Positions 1 to 10,226 of a stretch of 64,000 nt of DNA are shown in pieces. A program made the translations under genes and the position numbers. This DNA is from Promethearchaeota archaeon (lineage in GTDB: Archaea; Asgardarchaeota; Lokiarchaeia; Sigyniarchaeales; SOKP01): positions 32,001 to 96,000 of the forward strand of contig JBHLNZ010000002.1 in NCBI GenBank assembly GCA_048941015.1, read 5' to 3'. Position 1 is the stretch's first letter. Each line of letters starts with the position of its first letter. Below the pieces are notes generated by a model. The model was not told the DNA's origin and made no database searches. It saw only the letters and a list, made by a program, of their open reading frames with translations.

Positions 1-1326
1 TGCTTTAGAATCTGTATCTGGATAAAGTCTTGCTCCACCATGCAATTCTCTTAGAAATTCGGTATTCCCATTATCAAGTGCTCGTCTTGTTTCTGGAGGT
101 ACTCCTTTAAAGGCAAACTTAACTCTTTCGGTAATAACATCCATGGCTTTTTGAACTTCCTTTTTAGTTCCAAGGACTAATACAAAACAATCCTCTTCGC
201 TTGAGTTTAGTTTTTTTCTAATTTTCATTACTTCCTCTCCAGAAAGTTTATATTTTTTCAGATCTTCATCCGAATGGATAATCCCTTTTATTCCTGTTAA
301 AGTTTTAACTTTACTACTTACTTCAGTTCCAAATCTATAATCTTCCATTAAAATTTTCCCAAATAGTCCTTTAAATCCCTCAAAGTTGATACCAAATAAT
401 ACTTTTCCAGACTTTAAACCGTTCGAAATGAAACCAGATTTTGAATCCGATATAAAATTAGTTAATTCTATTGATTTCTTAGCAATTTTTTCTTCTTTTA
501 ATCCCCTTTTTAGTAACTCATTTTTAATTTCAATTAACTTTAATTGGCGAGAAATTTCATGATTTATTAAAGTTGGAATCCATCCTAATTTTTGAACTCC
601 TTTTATTTCAATTCTTGTCCCTGATTTAATACTCACATTAATATCCTGTCTAATTGACCCAATTACTTTTTTCACACTTGTAGACCAAAGTAATAATCCA
701 ATCCTTTCTGCACACTCTCGGCATTCGTAAGGATCATTAATATCAGGTTTTGTAGTTACTTCAATTAAAGGAATTCCTAATCGATCTAATCGAAAATAAT
801 TGGTTTTATTTTCAGTTTTAATCCTTCTTGCGGCTTCTTCTTCTAAACTTAAGATGAAAATGCCAATTTTCTTACCATTCTCGAGTATTATATTTCCATC
901 TGTACCCAAAATCATAGTTCTTTGAAACCCGCAGGGTACACTCCCATCAAGATAATTCTTTCGACATACATGCATTTCTTCAATAATATTTGCATTTAAA
1001 AGTAATGCTATCTGTAATGCAATTTTTCTTGCTTCATTATTACAGGAAAAAGGAGGAGTGTCATCTAATTCATAAGTACAAATAACATCATTGTATCCTT
1101 CATATATGATATTCATTCCCTTTTCGTATTCTGTTAGCATTGCTTTATCAAAGGTTCCCATCTCTCCTAAAACAGGTCTCATAAACCTCCTTATAGTAAA
1201 GTCTGGTTCTCTAGTGCCTTGGAGTTTACTAGGACATCTACAAAATAACTTTTCTTTTGTCTCAAGTTGTTGATGAATTTCTAATCCGCATTTAAGAGCT
1301 AATTTTTTATAATCAAATTCTACCAT
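1..1326 (-). CDS. gatE: Glu-tRNA(Gln) amidotransferase subunit E (5' part; runs off the window start)
   Basis: Manual translation from ATG at 1326 gives MVEFDYKKLALKCGLEIHQQLETKEKLFCRCP...DGSVPAGFQRT...LEEEAARR...RLDRLGIPLIEVTT, which are GatB/GatE motifs; the GatE-type insertion region follows. Confidence 0.93.
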   Translation of the reverse strand, partial: MVEFDYKKLALKCGLEIHQQLETKEKLFCRCPSKLQGTREPDFTIRRFMRPVLGEMGTFDKAMLTEYEKGMNIIYEGYNDVICTYELDDTPPFSCNNEARKIALQIALLLNANIIEEMHVCRKNYLDGSVPCGFQRTMILGTDGNIILENGKKIGIFILSLEEEAARRIKTENKTNYFRLDRLGIPLIEVTTKPDINDPYECRECAERIGLLLWSTSVKKVIGSIRQDINVSIKSGTRIEIKGVQKLGWIPTLINHEISRQLKLIEIKNELLKRGLKEEKIAKKSIELTNFISDSKSGFISNGLKSGKVLFGINFEGFKGLFGKILMEDYRFGTEVSSKVKTLTGIKGIIHSDEDLKKYKLSGEEVMKIRKKLNSSEEDCFVLVLGTKKEVQKAMDVITERVKFAFKGVPPETRRALDNGNTEFLRELHGGARLYPDTDSKA

Positions 1327-1498
1327 TTAAAATCGAACTTTCTTTTTTAGAGTTAATAAAATACAATAACTTATCAAGTAAGAAGATATTTAATTATTTT
1401 CAAAAAAGAATATATTAATTTAAAATTGAAGTAAGTAGTTAAGCATCGATTTCTTTGTTCGATGATATTTTATAAAAACACAAAAATAGAAAATTTTT

Positions 1499-3826
1499 TT
1501 AGGTATTCCTATAACAATATCTATTTTTAATATCATTTTGTACAGCTTTTGGAAGTTCTATATAGCGAGCGCTATAACCTGAAACGCGAACCATAAAATT
1601 TTGGTACTTTTCTGGATTTTTTTGAGCATCTTCAAGATCTGAAAACGATATGGAATTAAATTGTATATGAGATCCATTTAATTCGATATAAGCTTTTAGC
1701 AAGGATTCTAAAATTTTTCCTTCATTAATCTTTACAATACCAGGATCAATATTTAATGTGCAAGCTAATCCATTAGCCAGGAGTGAATGGTCTAACTTGG
1801 TGATACTATTGATTGTAGCTGTAAGACTCTTTTCACCGATAAATCCAGGAGCGATATCTCTCGTTAAAGGTTTACCTTTTTTTCTTCCAGAAGGGAGCGC
1901 TCCAGTAAAAATACCAAAACCAACATGTGTAGTCATGGCATGAATGCCTACTCGATATTCGCCTCCTCTTGCAGATTTAAGGCCCTTTACAGATCTAAAT
2001 AGTATCTCTCCTACCTTTTTAGCATACTTATCTGCATCTAGATTATCATTTCCATATTTTGGACATTTATACAAAAGATAATTATGTAATTCTTTAAAAC
2101 CTCTAAAGTTATTTTTAATAGCATCTACAATTTCTGCCATGGTATATTGCTTTTGTATAAAGACAGCCCAATCAATAGCAGCAAGAGAGTCAACTACGTC
2201 AGAAAATCCTGTAACATGAATGCCTGCAAAATTATATTTTGCTGAACCTTCACCTACATCGTATCCCTTTTCAAAACAACCTTTTATAGATAATGACATT
2301 AATGGAGTAGGTTTAATCTTTTGATGAGCTTGCTGATAAGCATTAGCAGCATTAGCAGCCATCTCCATCATTGATTTTAGATTAATTTCAAATGCTTGGA
2401 GAACTTCCTCTATTGATCTAAAACGAGAAGGATCAATAGTGTTTTTGATATATTGACTAATATAAGATTTATCAGTTCCTAACGCGAGTTCTAATGCTTT
2501 TGCAGTGTTAAGAAATACAGCACCTGTATTATCATATGATGCACCTGATGTTGATAACCCTACACATCCAACAACTCCATAATCTCTTGCTTCTTCCAAA
2601 GATATCCCGAAGCGCATTAAACTTTTAACAACTAACTCATCATTATAACAACCTATAATATTTTTGCCCTTTGCTAGTATTTCTGCTATTTTTTTATATA
2701 TTTCATGTGGAGTTTGTTTGTTTAATCTTACTACTAAATTTGGACTAGGAACTTCAGTTTCATCAACAGCTTTTAAAAATAAATATGTTAATTCATTCGT
2801 AGCATCCTTTCCACTTTTATCAAAACCACCAATCAATACATTTTGTGTTGTCGCCATGCCTCCAAAATATTGGGTAGCTATTGAGTCATATAATGCTATG
2901 ATTTCATTAGTTTTTAATAAAAGATTTTTAAAAAGCTTCAGAGCATTTTCAACATTTCCACCATAATATGGTAAAAGATATTGATCAGTCCTTCCAAAGG
3001 AGATTCCATGCTCAAAATTTTCTAAATGAAGAGCCATATGAATAAACCAAAGAAATTGCATTGCCTCTTGTAAATCCCTTGGTGGATTTTCGGGAATATG
3101 TTTACAACATTCTGCAATCTTCTTCAATTCTTTTTTCCTGATTTGGTTTACTTCCTTTTCTGCTAAGATTTCAGCTTGATTAGCATACTTTCTACTGTAA
3201 TTAATTAAGGCTTTAGATATAATTATCATAGATTTATAAAAAGCAATTTTCTCTGCTCCCATTAAATCTGAAGTTAAAAGATTTTCAGTATCTTTTAATT
3301 TTTCTTCTGATAATTTTATATATTTTCTTAATCCCATAGATAATAATCTTGGATAGTCTATAACCGCATGTGCAATTCCTCCTATTTCTGTTGCAACATA
3401 CGCACACCCACTGAAAGAAGTTTCAAATACTTCTTCTGGAGCTAATTCTCTTGCATATTTATCTATTTTAAAATTTTCATAAAAAGGAGCAATCTCTTCT
3501 CTTAGTATCTTTTTATCATGCTCATTAATATTTATCGGATTTATATTACGATTAGGAAGGATATCAAGTTCCTTCATAATTCTAAAACCACTTGCTTCTA
3601 ATCTTGGTATAGCAACTGGAATATTATTATCAAAAGTTCCTACAATAATCTCATCCGGTCTAATAATAATAGGTAAACTTTCTAAAGTAAATCTTAATCC
3701 TTCAGCTTGTCTTATGATCATAGGTTTTCCAGATGTTTCCTTAAGGGCTTTAGTATAGGATAAGGGAACTTTTAGCGATATATGTGGAGTATCTCGAACA
3801 AGATCATTTAATAATTTTATAGCCAT
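1499..3826 (-). CDS. Glycyl radical enzyme (PFL2/dehydratase-like family), substrate unknown
   Basis: C-terminal glycyl-radical motif VRVSGYS, Cys loop GCVG, SFGRTDQYL, PKYGND. Confidence 0.9.
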   Translation of the reverse strand: MAIKLLNDLVRDTPHISLKVPLSYTKALKETSGKPMIIRQAEGLRFTLESLPIIIRPDEIIVGTFDNNIPVAIPRLEASGFRIMKELDILPNRNINPININEHDKKILREEIAPFYENFKIDKYARELAPEEVFETSFSGCAYVATEIGGIAHAVIDYPRLLSMGLRKYIKLSEEKLKDTENLLTSDLMGAEKIAFYKSMIIISKALINYSRKYANQAEILAEKEVNQIRKKELKKIAECCKHIPENPPRDLQEAMQFLWFIHMALHLENFEHGISFGRTDQYLLPYYGGNVENALKLFKNLLLKTNEIIALYDSIATQYFGGMATTQNVLIGGFDKSGKDATNELTYLFLKAVDETEVPSPNLVVRLNKQTPHEIYKKIAEILAKGKNIIGCYNDELVVKSLMRFGISLEEARDYGVVGCVGLSTSGASYDNTGAVFLNTAKALELALGTDKSYISQYIKNTIDPSRFRSIEEVLQAFEINLKSMMEMAANAANAYQQAHQKIKPTPLMSLSIKGCFEKGYDVGEGSAKYNFAGIHVTGFSDVVDSLAAIDWAVFIQKQYTMAEIVDAIKNNFRGFKELHNYLLYKCPKYGNDNLDADKYAKKVGEILFRSVKGLKSARGGEYRVGIHAMTTHVGFGIFTGALPSGRKKGKPLTRDIAPGFIGEKSLTATINSITKLDHSLLANGLACTLNIDPGIVKINEGKILESLLKAYIELNGSHIQFNSISFSDLEDAQKNPEKYQNFMVRVSGYSARYIELPKAVQNDIKNRYCYRNT

Positions 3827-4011
3827 TATGAACCTTGATATCTATTATAATAAAGATTTAGCTAAAATTCTTTTTATGGTTAATTGTTATAAGAATTAAG
3901 CTAATTAAAATTCTGCATGTAAATTAACAAAATTGTAATGAATCAGAAATTAATAGAATAAGCATTTAAAAAAAGTAGTTAAATAAAATATAATTTATAT
4001 TTAGTTCAATT

Positions 4012-5643
4012 TTAAATAAGCTTTTTTGAAACATAAACACCATCTAACCTATAGCCTAATTCATAAAACCAATCCCTTGCACCTATTCCGCTAATTACAG
4101 CTAACTTATTAGCGTCAAATTCTTCTGAAGATATTTTTTCAGCATTTTCGAGTAACATTTTACCGAATCCTCTATGTTGGATTTGGCTATAACGGTCAGG
4201 TTTTGAATCTTTTGGTACTAATTCGCCTACAACTTTAATTTCTCTTACAACCATAGTTTTACCATCATTTAATTCCGATCTATGTGCAAATTCAGATGGT
4301 TTTCTTAGACGTAAATAACCAACTAGATAATTATCTTGCAAATTCTCATAGGATAAAAAAACTTCTGCTCCTTTTGAAGCCTTATAATTTAAACGTTTTA
4401 ATTTGATATTTTTTAAGGAATTTTCATCTTTCAATAACTGTTTATTAGAGATACCGTATTCTCGGCACCTAATACAATTACATTTAGCATTTAATTCTTT
4501 TAATCTTTCCTGAACTAATTGTCTTAGATTGCTTTTATTACATCCTGCTTCTATTAATGGAGCTGGTATATCTCTCATGATACGTTGTATTCTTACATAT
4601 GAAGGTAATTTTTGCTTAATATTTGCTATTAAATCGATCAACTGGTCAGTAGTATAAGGAAGATAATTCCCTTCTTTCCACCACTTATATAATTCAGTTC
4701 CTTTTATAACCAAACATGGATAAATTTTAAGCATATCTGGGCGATAATCAGGATTTGAATATAGTATATTGAACATTTCGAGATCTTTTGGATAATCTGA
4801 ACCTGGTAAATTAGGCATTATATGAGCATTAATTTTTAAACCACTATCTTTAGCAATCCTGATTGCTTCTATACTATCTTCAATAGTATGTCCCCTGTTA
4901 ATTAAATTGTAAATCTCATTATAAACCGTTTGAATCCCAATTTCTACTCGCGTTGTTCCAAAAGTGAGCATTCTATCAACATGAAATTCTTTACAATAAT
5001 CTGGCCTTGTTTCTATTGTTAATCCAATTAATCTTCTTTTAGATTTTTCAGCTGAATTTTTAGCGTTTTCAAGGGTATCTACTTTCTTATTAATTATTCC
5101 CTCATATGCGCCTTTTATGAAATATTCTTGGTAATTTCTATCAGCTGAAAGGAATGTTCCCCCCATTATGATTAATTCAATTTTATCTACTTGATGACCT
5201 ATGGCCTCTAAATCATTGATTCTACTTTTTACCTGTTTACAAGGTTCATAGTCATTATAAATTGAACGCATCGCAGCAGGTTCACGTCCAGTATAAGATT
5301 GTGCCGCTTTATTTCCAGGTTGAGAATCTTGACCAGGACAGTAAATGCAAGTGCCTGGACAAGGAAGCGGTTTTGTCATTATTGCTATGACAGACACTCC
5401 AGATTGAGTTCTTGTTGTTCTTCTTTTAAGAATTTGAGTTATAATTTGTTTTTCTTCATTTGTAGCAAAATCTAGTATAGTAGCATTTTTAATGACTTTA
5501 TTATAATTATATTTTTTTCCTATTTTACCTTTAATATTTGTTATTTTTTGACGTGAAGTTCCTGGATTTCTAATTAAGTAATTTATAACATCTCTAGAAA
5601 TTTTTTCGATAATATTTGTGTTATCAACTTCAACAGGAACCAT
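4012..5643 (-). CDS. elp3: Elp3 tRNA U34 acetyltransferase (radical SAM + GNAT)
   Basis: CPGTCIYCPG, QSYTGREPA, ETRPD, KIYPCLV, QHRGFG motifs. Confidence 0.95.
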   Translation of the reverse strand: MVPVEVDNTNIIEKISRDVINYLIRNPGTSRQKITNIKGKIGKKYNYNKVIKNATILDFATNEEKQIITQILKRRTTRTQSGVSVIAIMTKPLPCPGTCIYCPGQDSQPGNKAAQSYTGREPAAMRSIYNDYEPCKQVKSRINDLEAIGHQVDKIELIIMGGTFLSADRNYQEYFIKGAYEGIINKKVDTLENAKNSAEKSKRRLIGLTIETRPDYCKEFHVDRMLTFGTTRVEIGIQTVYNEIYNLINRGHTIEDSIEAIRIAKDSGLKINAHIMPNLPGSDYPKDLEMFNILYSNPDYRPDMLKIYPCLVIKGTELYKWWKEGNYLPYTTDQLIDLIANIKQKLPSYVRIQRIMRDIPAPLIEAGCNKSNLRQLVQERLKELNAKCNCIRCREYGISNKQLLKDENSLKNIKLKRLNYKASKGAEVFLSYENLQDNYLVGYLRLRKPSEFAHRSELNDGKTMVVREIKVVGELVPKDSKPDRYSQIQHRGFGKMLLENAEKISSEEFDANKLAVISGIGARDWFYELGYRLDGVYVSKKLI

Positions 5644-5751
5644 TATATCATACTCTTAAAAAGATTTGAAATTTCATAGAATTTTTTTATGTCTCAAATT
5701 ATATATTTTGGCATGAAGTTAATATTTTGTGACAATATATAATAAAAGATT

Positions 5752-5767
5752 TGTTATGCTCATAACA
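5752..5767. promoter_or_regulatory. Palindrome TGTTATG-CT-CATAACA, candidate operator
   Basis: Perfect 7-bp inverted repeat in the divergent elp3 / HTH-roadblock intergenic region; an inverted copy of its core (ATGAGCATAA) lies at 5828-5837. Confidence 0.35.
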
Positions 5768-5877
5768 TAGAATCCGGGGTATAACTATAAAAAGATTTAT
5801 ATATAACTTATTTTATTAAATGTAACAATGAGCATAATATTAATAATTAATAAAATTTAACTGAGTAGGGATTTAAT

Positions 5878-6456
5878 TTGCCAATGACCTTAGGACAGAA
5901 AATAATAAAGGAATTAAAAATAAAAGCGCTTACTATTTCTCAAATAAGTGAGATCTTAAAAAAAGACGAGGCGACCATAAGAACTACAATTAATCGATTA
6001 AAAGAGAAAAGATTAGTTGCAGAAACAGGGGATTTTTTAGATAGATATAAAATTTATAAAATTGCTGATAAGTCGATGAATGCTATTTTTGCTTTAAAAT
6101 TACTGATGAATATCAAAGGTGTAAAAGCAGTGAATCTCGTAACTACTGAAGGTATACCTATTGATAGTATTCTTCCAAAAACCGTGGATCCTAAAGATGA
6201 AATGAAGTATGCTTCTATGACTTCCGCTTTTGTATCTCTTGGAGAAAGGGCTTGTAAAGAGACCAAAAAAGGAGATTTGAATCTAGTGTTAATTGATGGA
6301 AAGGATGGTAAGCTTCTTGTTGTAGGATGTGGTCCAGAATTTGTCATATCACTTTCATTAGATGACACAATTAGCAATAATCAATTATTTTCCGAATATT
6401 TTAAAACAATTGACATAGTCAGATCTACACTTATTAATTTACAAGAAGAAGAATAA
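5878..6456 (+). CDS. Winged-HTH / Roadblock(LC7) fusion protein
   Basis: N-terminal LTISQISEILKKDEATIRTTINRLKEKRLV (wHTH); C-terminal GVKAVNLVTTEGIPIDS...ASMTSAFVSLGERACKE...LVLIDGKDGKLLVV (roadblock). Confidence 0.8.
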   Translation: MPMTLGQKIIKELKIKALTISQISEILKKDEATIRTTINRLKEKRLVAETGDFLDRYKIYKIADKSMNAIFALKLLMNIKGVKAVNLVTTEGIPIDSILPKTVDPKDEMKYASMTSAFVSLGERACKETKKGDLNLVLIDGKDGKLLVVGCGPEFVISLSLDDTISNNQLFSEYFKTIDIVRSTLINLQEEE

Positions 6457-6462
6457 AAGTAT

Positions 6463-7317
6463 TTAATCTAATGGAACTTTTTTACCTGTAAAATCTCTTT
6501 TATATTTACCAAAATCGTCCAATTGTCTTAAAATTTTCGAATCAAACACTGGTCCTTCCTTACATACTAACAATCCTAAAGGATCGACTGCACATAATCC
6601 ACATAGACCACATCCACATCTCATAACTCTTTCAAGACTTACTTGAACATTGATATGATATTTTTCACAAATTTGAAAGATTTCATAAACCATTTTTTCA
6701 GGACCACATGTAAATATATTACAATTAGAAAGATTTGATCTGGGTTGTTCTTTAAGTATTTTGTCAAAATATTGAGACGCATATCCTTTATATCCTAAAC
6801 TTCCATCATCTGTGCAGTAAAATAATTCTGAATTTCTTTTTTCAAGCATTTTAAAATCTTTTAAATATATTAACTCACTATTGACTTTTGCTCCTTCAAT
6901 TATTTTTATTTCATGTTTATGTTTCATTAGTTCAAAAGCAAGAAATTTGAGGGGGGCAATTCCTATACCCCCTCCAACTAAAATTGAAATTTTTGAATTA
7001 TCATAGGGAAATTTAAAGAAATTTCCTAAAGGACCTCTTATTCCAAAATAATCTCCTTTCTTTAATTCAGAAAGAGCATTTGAACATTCTCCTATGCTTT
7101 TAACTGTGATAAACCAATCACCATAATCATTGCATCCTGATATAGACATTGGTATTTCATCTATACCGGGAACCCAAACCATAACAAATTGCCCAGGTTT
7201 TGGCATAATATAATTAGCTCGATCTAAATCTTTCATATTGAAAACGATAGTTTTGATCCCTTCACATTCTTCAAAGATTTCTTTAATTCTAGTAGTTTTA
7301 ATGATATTATTACTCAA
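6463..7317 (-). CDS. pyrK: Dihydroorotate dehydrogenase electron transfer subunit
   Basis: PGQFVMVW, GGGIGIAP, CGPEKM, CGCGLCGLC 2Fe-2S motif; overlaps pyrD. Confidence 0.93.
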   Translation of the reverse strand: MSNNIIKTTRIKEIFEECEGIKTIVFNMKDLDRANYIMPKPGQFVMVWVPGIDEIPMSISGCNDYGDWFITVKSIGECSNALSELKKGDYFGIRGPLGNFFKFPYDNSKISILVGGGIGIAPLKFLAFELMKHKHEIKIIEGAKVNSELIYLKDFKMLEKRNSELFYCTDDGSLGYKGYASQYFDKILKEQPRSNLSNCNIFTCGPEKMVYEIFQICEKYHINVQVSLERVMRCGCGLCGLCAVDPLGLLVCKEGPVFDSKILRQLDDFGKYKRDFTGKKVPLD

Positions 7318-8236
7318 ATTCAGGATCCTCTTGAACTCTATAATTATGAGCTAAACCTTTTATATCAGAAATAGAATTGTAGTTATTACTTTTTAAGTAA
7401 TCAATTAAGTTTTGGTTTATTTCATCAATAATATGATCCCCTTGATAGAGTGCCGTTCCAATTTGGACAGCTGAAGCTCCAGCAAGAAAAAATTCAATAA
7501 CATCATTAGCTGTGAAAATTCCTCCACAGCCTACAATTGGAATCTTTAAAATTTTATAAAGATCAAAGACTTTCTTAATCGCAACTGGATGAATCGATTT
7601 ACCTGAAAGCCCTCCACTACCATGTGATAAAACAGGTCGTTTAGTGTTTATATCTATAATCATTGCAGATAAGGTATTTATAGCTACAACAGCATCAGCA
7701 CCAGCCTTTTCAGCAGCTAATGCTATTTCAGTGATATTAGTAACATTTGGATTTAATTTTACAAATAATGGGATCGAAAGAACTTTCTTTAATTCAGAAA
7801 CCAGGATAAAGGTTAAATCCTTATCGATTCCGATTGATGATACCTTAGAATGAGGGCAAGAAATATTAATTTCAATGGCATCAGCTCCAGCTACCATTGC
7901 TTTTCTAGCAACATTAATATAAGTCTCATTATTCTCGCCAAATATACTTACTATCAAAGGAAATTTATACTTTTTCATTTCTTTAATTTCATTAACAAAG
8001 TAATCGATTCCTGGATTACCAAGACCTACACTGTTTAAAAACGTATCAGGATAAACTTCAATAATAGAGGGATTTTTATATCCCTTTCGAGGTTTAGGAC
8101 CGATAGATTTAGTTGTTATAGCTCCTATTCCTACATCAACTAATCTTTTCATTGTAGAAAAAGAAACCCCTAAAATACCTGATGCTAAAACAAGAGGGGA
8201 TTTTAACTTTAATCCAGAAATATTTACTTCAAGCAT
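7310..8236 (-). CDS. pyrD: Dihydroorotate dehydrogenase class 1B catalytic subunit
   Basis: LASG, NSVGLGNPG, EINISCPH, AINT, GGLSG, ASAVQIGTA. Confidence 0.95.
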   Translation of the reverse strand: MLEVNISGLKLKSPLVLASGILGVSFSTMKRLVDVGIGAITTKSIGPKPRKGYKNPSIIEVYPDTFLNSVGLGNPGIDYFVNEIKEMKKYKFPLIVSIFGENNETYINVARKAMVAGADAIEINISCPHSKVSSIGIDKDLTFILVSELKKVLSIPLFVKLNPNVTNITEIALAAEKAGADAVVAINTLSAMIIDINTKRPVLSHGSGGLSGKSIHPVAIKKVFDLYKILKIPIVGCGGIFTANDVIEFFLAGASAVQIGTALYQGDHIIDEINQNLIDYLKSNNYNSISDIKGLAHNYRVQEDPEFE

Positions 8237-8305
8237 TACTATTATAATTTAAAGCATTATTATTATTATTATTTAAGAATTTATATCCTAGATAAAAAAA
8301 GAAAA

Positions 8306-9520
8306 ATGAAGTGCTTTATAATAGAAACATTAATTGGAATTTTTGCTGTTGATGAACTTGGAAATATAATTAACTTTATTGACTTTAATGACGATTTTCA
8401 AAGAATTATAGTATTTTATACTTTATTAGATTCCAAATCCTTGCAAAAAGAATATGAAGTTTTTTTAAAAGAACTAAATACTTCTGGGTTTAATGAATTC
8501 TTTTTTGATAACAAGCAGTTAGAAGAAATTACATCCTTTAAATTAAAATATAAAACGTTTTATGTTAAAAAAGCATTGGAATTTAGAGATTTCCGTTTTA
8601 ATTTACAAGAGAAAATAAACAGTATAGGTTTAAGTAAAACAGAAGAAGAGTTATTAGCTACTTACAAAAAAGTTGAACAAGAATTCATTAGGAAGAAAGT
8701 GAAAGAAGCTGGAGAACAGGATGATATTATTGTTATTCAAACTATTGAAACTCTTGAGATCCTTAAAAAATCAATAAGTTTATTTATGAGTAGGTTAAGA
8801 GAATGGTATGGTTTACATTTTCCGGAACTGACTGATAAATTAGTTGAAGATAATATAATCTTAGCTGAAATGATTTTATCTTTGGGTAACAGAGAAAATT
8901 TTACTTTTAATAATATTAAAAGAAATTTTGAGTTTACTGAAAAAAGAATTGAAAAAATTCAGAGTTTAGCCTCAAATTCAATGGGAGCTGATATTGATTT
9001 AAAAATTATTCAAGAATATGCAAACCAAGTTTTATCATTAGATAAATATAGGAACGAACTAGAAAACTATTTAGATAATTTAATGGAAAAATTCGCACCA
9101 AATCTTACAACATTAGTTGGAAGTTTGATTAGCGCTAAATTGATATCAAAAGCAGGTAATTTAAAAAAACTTGCATATATGCCAGCTTCCCGCATCCAAT
9201 TATTAGGAGCAGAAAAAGCATTATATAGGTTTCTAAAAACAGGTGAGAAACAACCAAAACATGGTTTAATCTTTCAATGGAACCTTATCAGAGGAAGTCG
9301 CCCATGGAATCGCGGTAAAATATCTCGTCTTATCTCTGGAAAAATAGGAATTGCCGCAAAAGTAGATTATTTTGGTGGAGATTTTATAGCTGATTCAATT
9401 TCGAAGGAAATTGAAGATAAAATAAAAGAAATTGAAATTAAATATCCTAAACCTCCACTTGTTAAAAAGAAACCACAAAGAATGACTAAAAAGCAAAAAA
9501 AGAAGAAATCAAGAAGGTAA
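8306..9520 (+). CDS. nop5: Box C/D sRNP protein Nop5 (Nop56/58)
   Basis: LREWYGLHFPEL, PASRIQLLGAEKAL, PKHGLIF, lysine-rich tail. Confidence 0.95.
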   Translation: MKCFIIETLIGIFAVDELGNIINFIDFNDDFQRIIVFYTLLDSKSLQKEYEVFLKELNTSGFNEFFFDNKQLEEITSFKLKYKTFYVKKALEFRDFRFNLQEKINSIGLSKTEEELLATYKKVEQEFIRKKVKEAGEQDDIIVIQTIETLEILKKSISLFMSRLREWYGLHFPELTDKLVEDNIILAEMILSLGNRENFTFNNIKRNFEFTEKRIEKIQSLASNSMGADIDLKIIQEYANQVLSLDKYRNELENYLDNLMEKFAPNLTTLVGSLISAKLISKAGNLKKLAYMPASRIQLLGAEKALYRFLKTGEKQPKHGLIFQWNLIRGSRPWNRGKISRLISGKIGIAAKVDYFGGDFIADSISKEIEDKIKEIEIKYPKPPLVKKKPQRMTKKQKKKKSRR

Positions 9521-9527
9521 GATCGTA

Positions 9528-10226
9528 ATGAATGAAGTAGAAATTAGAAATCATCCAAAGTATAGGAATGTTTTTATTTCTGGAAGTCAAGAAAAATTAA
9601 AATTATATACAAAAAATTTAACTCCCGGAAAAAGAGTTTATGGGGAAAAATTAGTTTCCTTTAGAGGAGAAGAATATAGAGAATGGGATCCTTATCGAAG
9701 TAAATTATCTGCTTTAATTTTAAAAAATCCTGAGTTTAATTTTTTTTCTAATAATCTAAAAACCTTGTATTTAGGTGCGTCATCAGGAACAACAATATCC
9801 CACCTATCAGATATCACTCCTAAAGGAATTATTTATGGAATCGAATTTGCTGAACGTAGTATTCGACAATTGATTCAGAATACTCAAAATAGGAAAAATA
9901 TCATCCCAATTTTGGCTGACGCCAATTATCCCAATCATTATGCTAAATCTATTTTTACATCAATAGATTTAATTTATCAGGATATTGCACAACCTAATCA
10001 AGCTGAAATTGCTTTAAAAAATTCTAAGTACTACCTAAAAAATGATGGTTTACTTATTCTCGCTATTAAATCTCAATCTATAGACAGCATTCAAAAATCA
10101 GATAAAGTATATATGAATGAGAGAAAAGTTCTCGAAAGTGAAAGTTATAAAATTATTGAAAGTTATAATATTCACCAATATGCTGCTAATCATATGGTTC
10201 TTTTAGTCAAGAAGGGTTTTAGTTAA
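9528..10226 (+). CDS. flpA: Fibrillarin-like rRNA/tRNA 2'-O-methyltransferase
   Basis: VYGEK, EYREWDPYRSKL, LYLGASSGTTISH, DIAQPNQA. Confidence 0.96.
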   Translation: MNEVEIRNHPKYRNVFISGSQEKLKLYTKNLTPGKRVYGEKLVSFRGEEYREWDPYRSKLSALILKNPEFNFFSNNLKTLYLGASSGTTISHLSDITPKGIIYGIEFAERSIRQLIQNTQNRKNIIPILADANYPNHYAKSIFTSIDLIYQDIAQPNQAEIALKNSKYYLKNDGLLILAIKSQSIDSIQKSDKVYMNERKVLESESYKIIESYNIHQYAANHMVLLVKKGFS

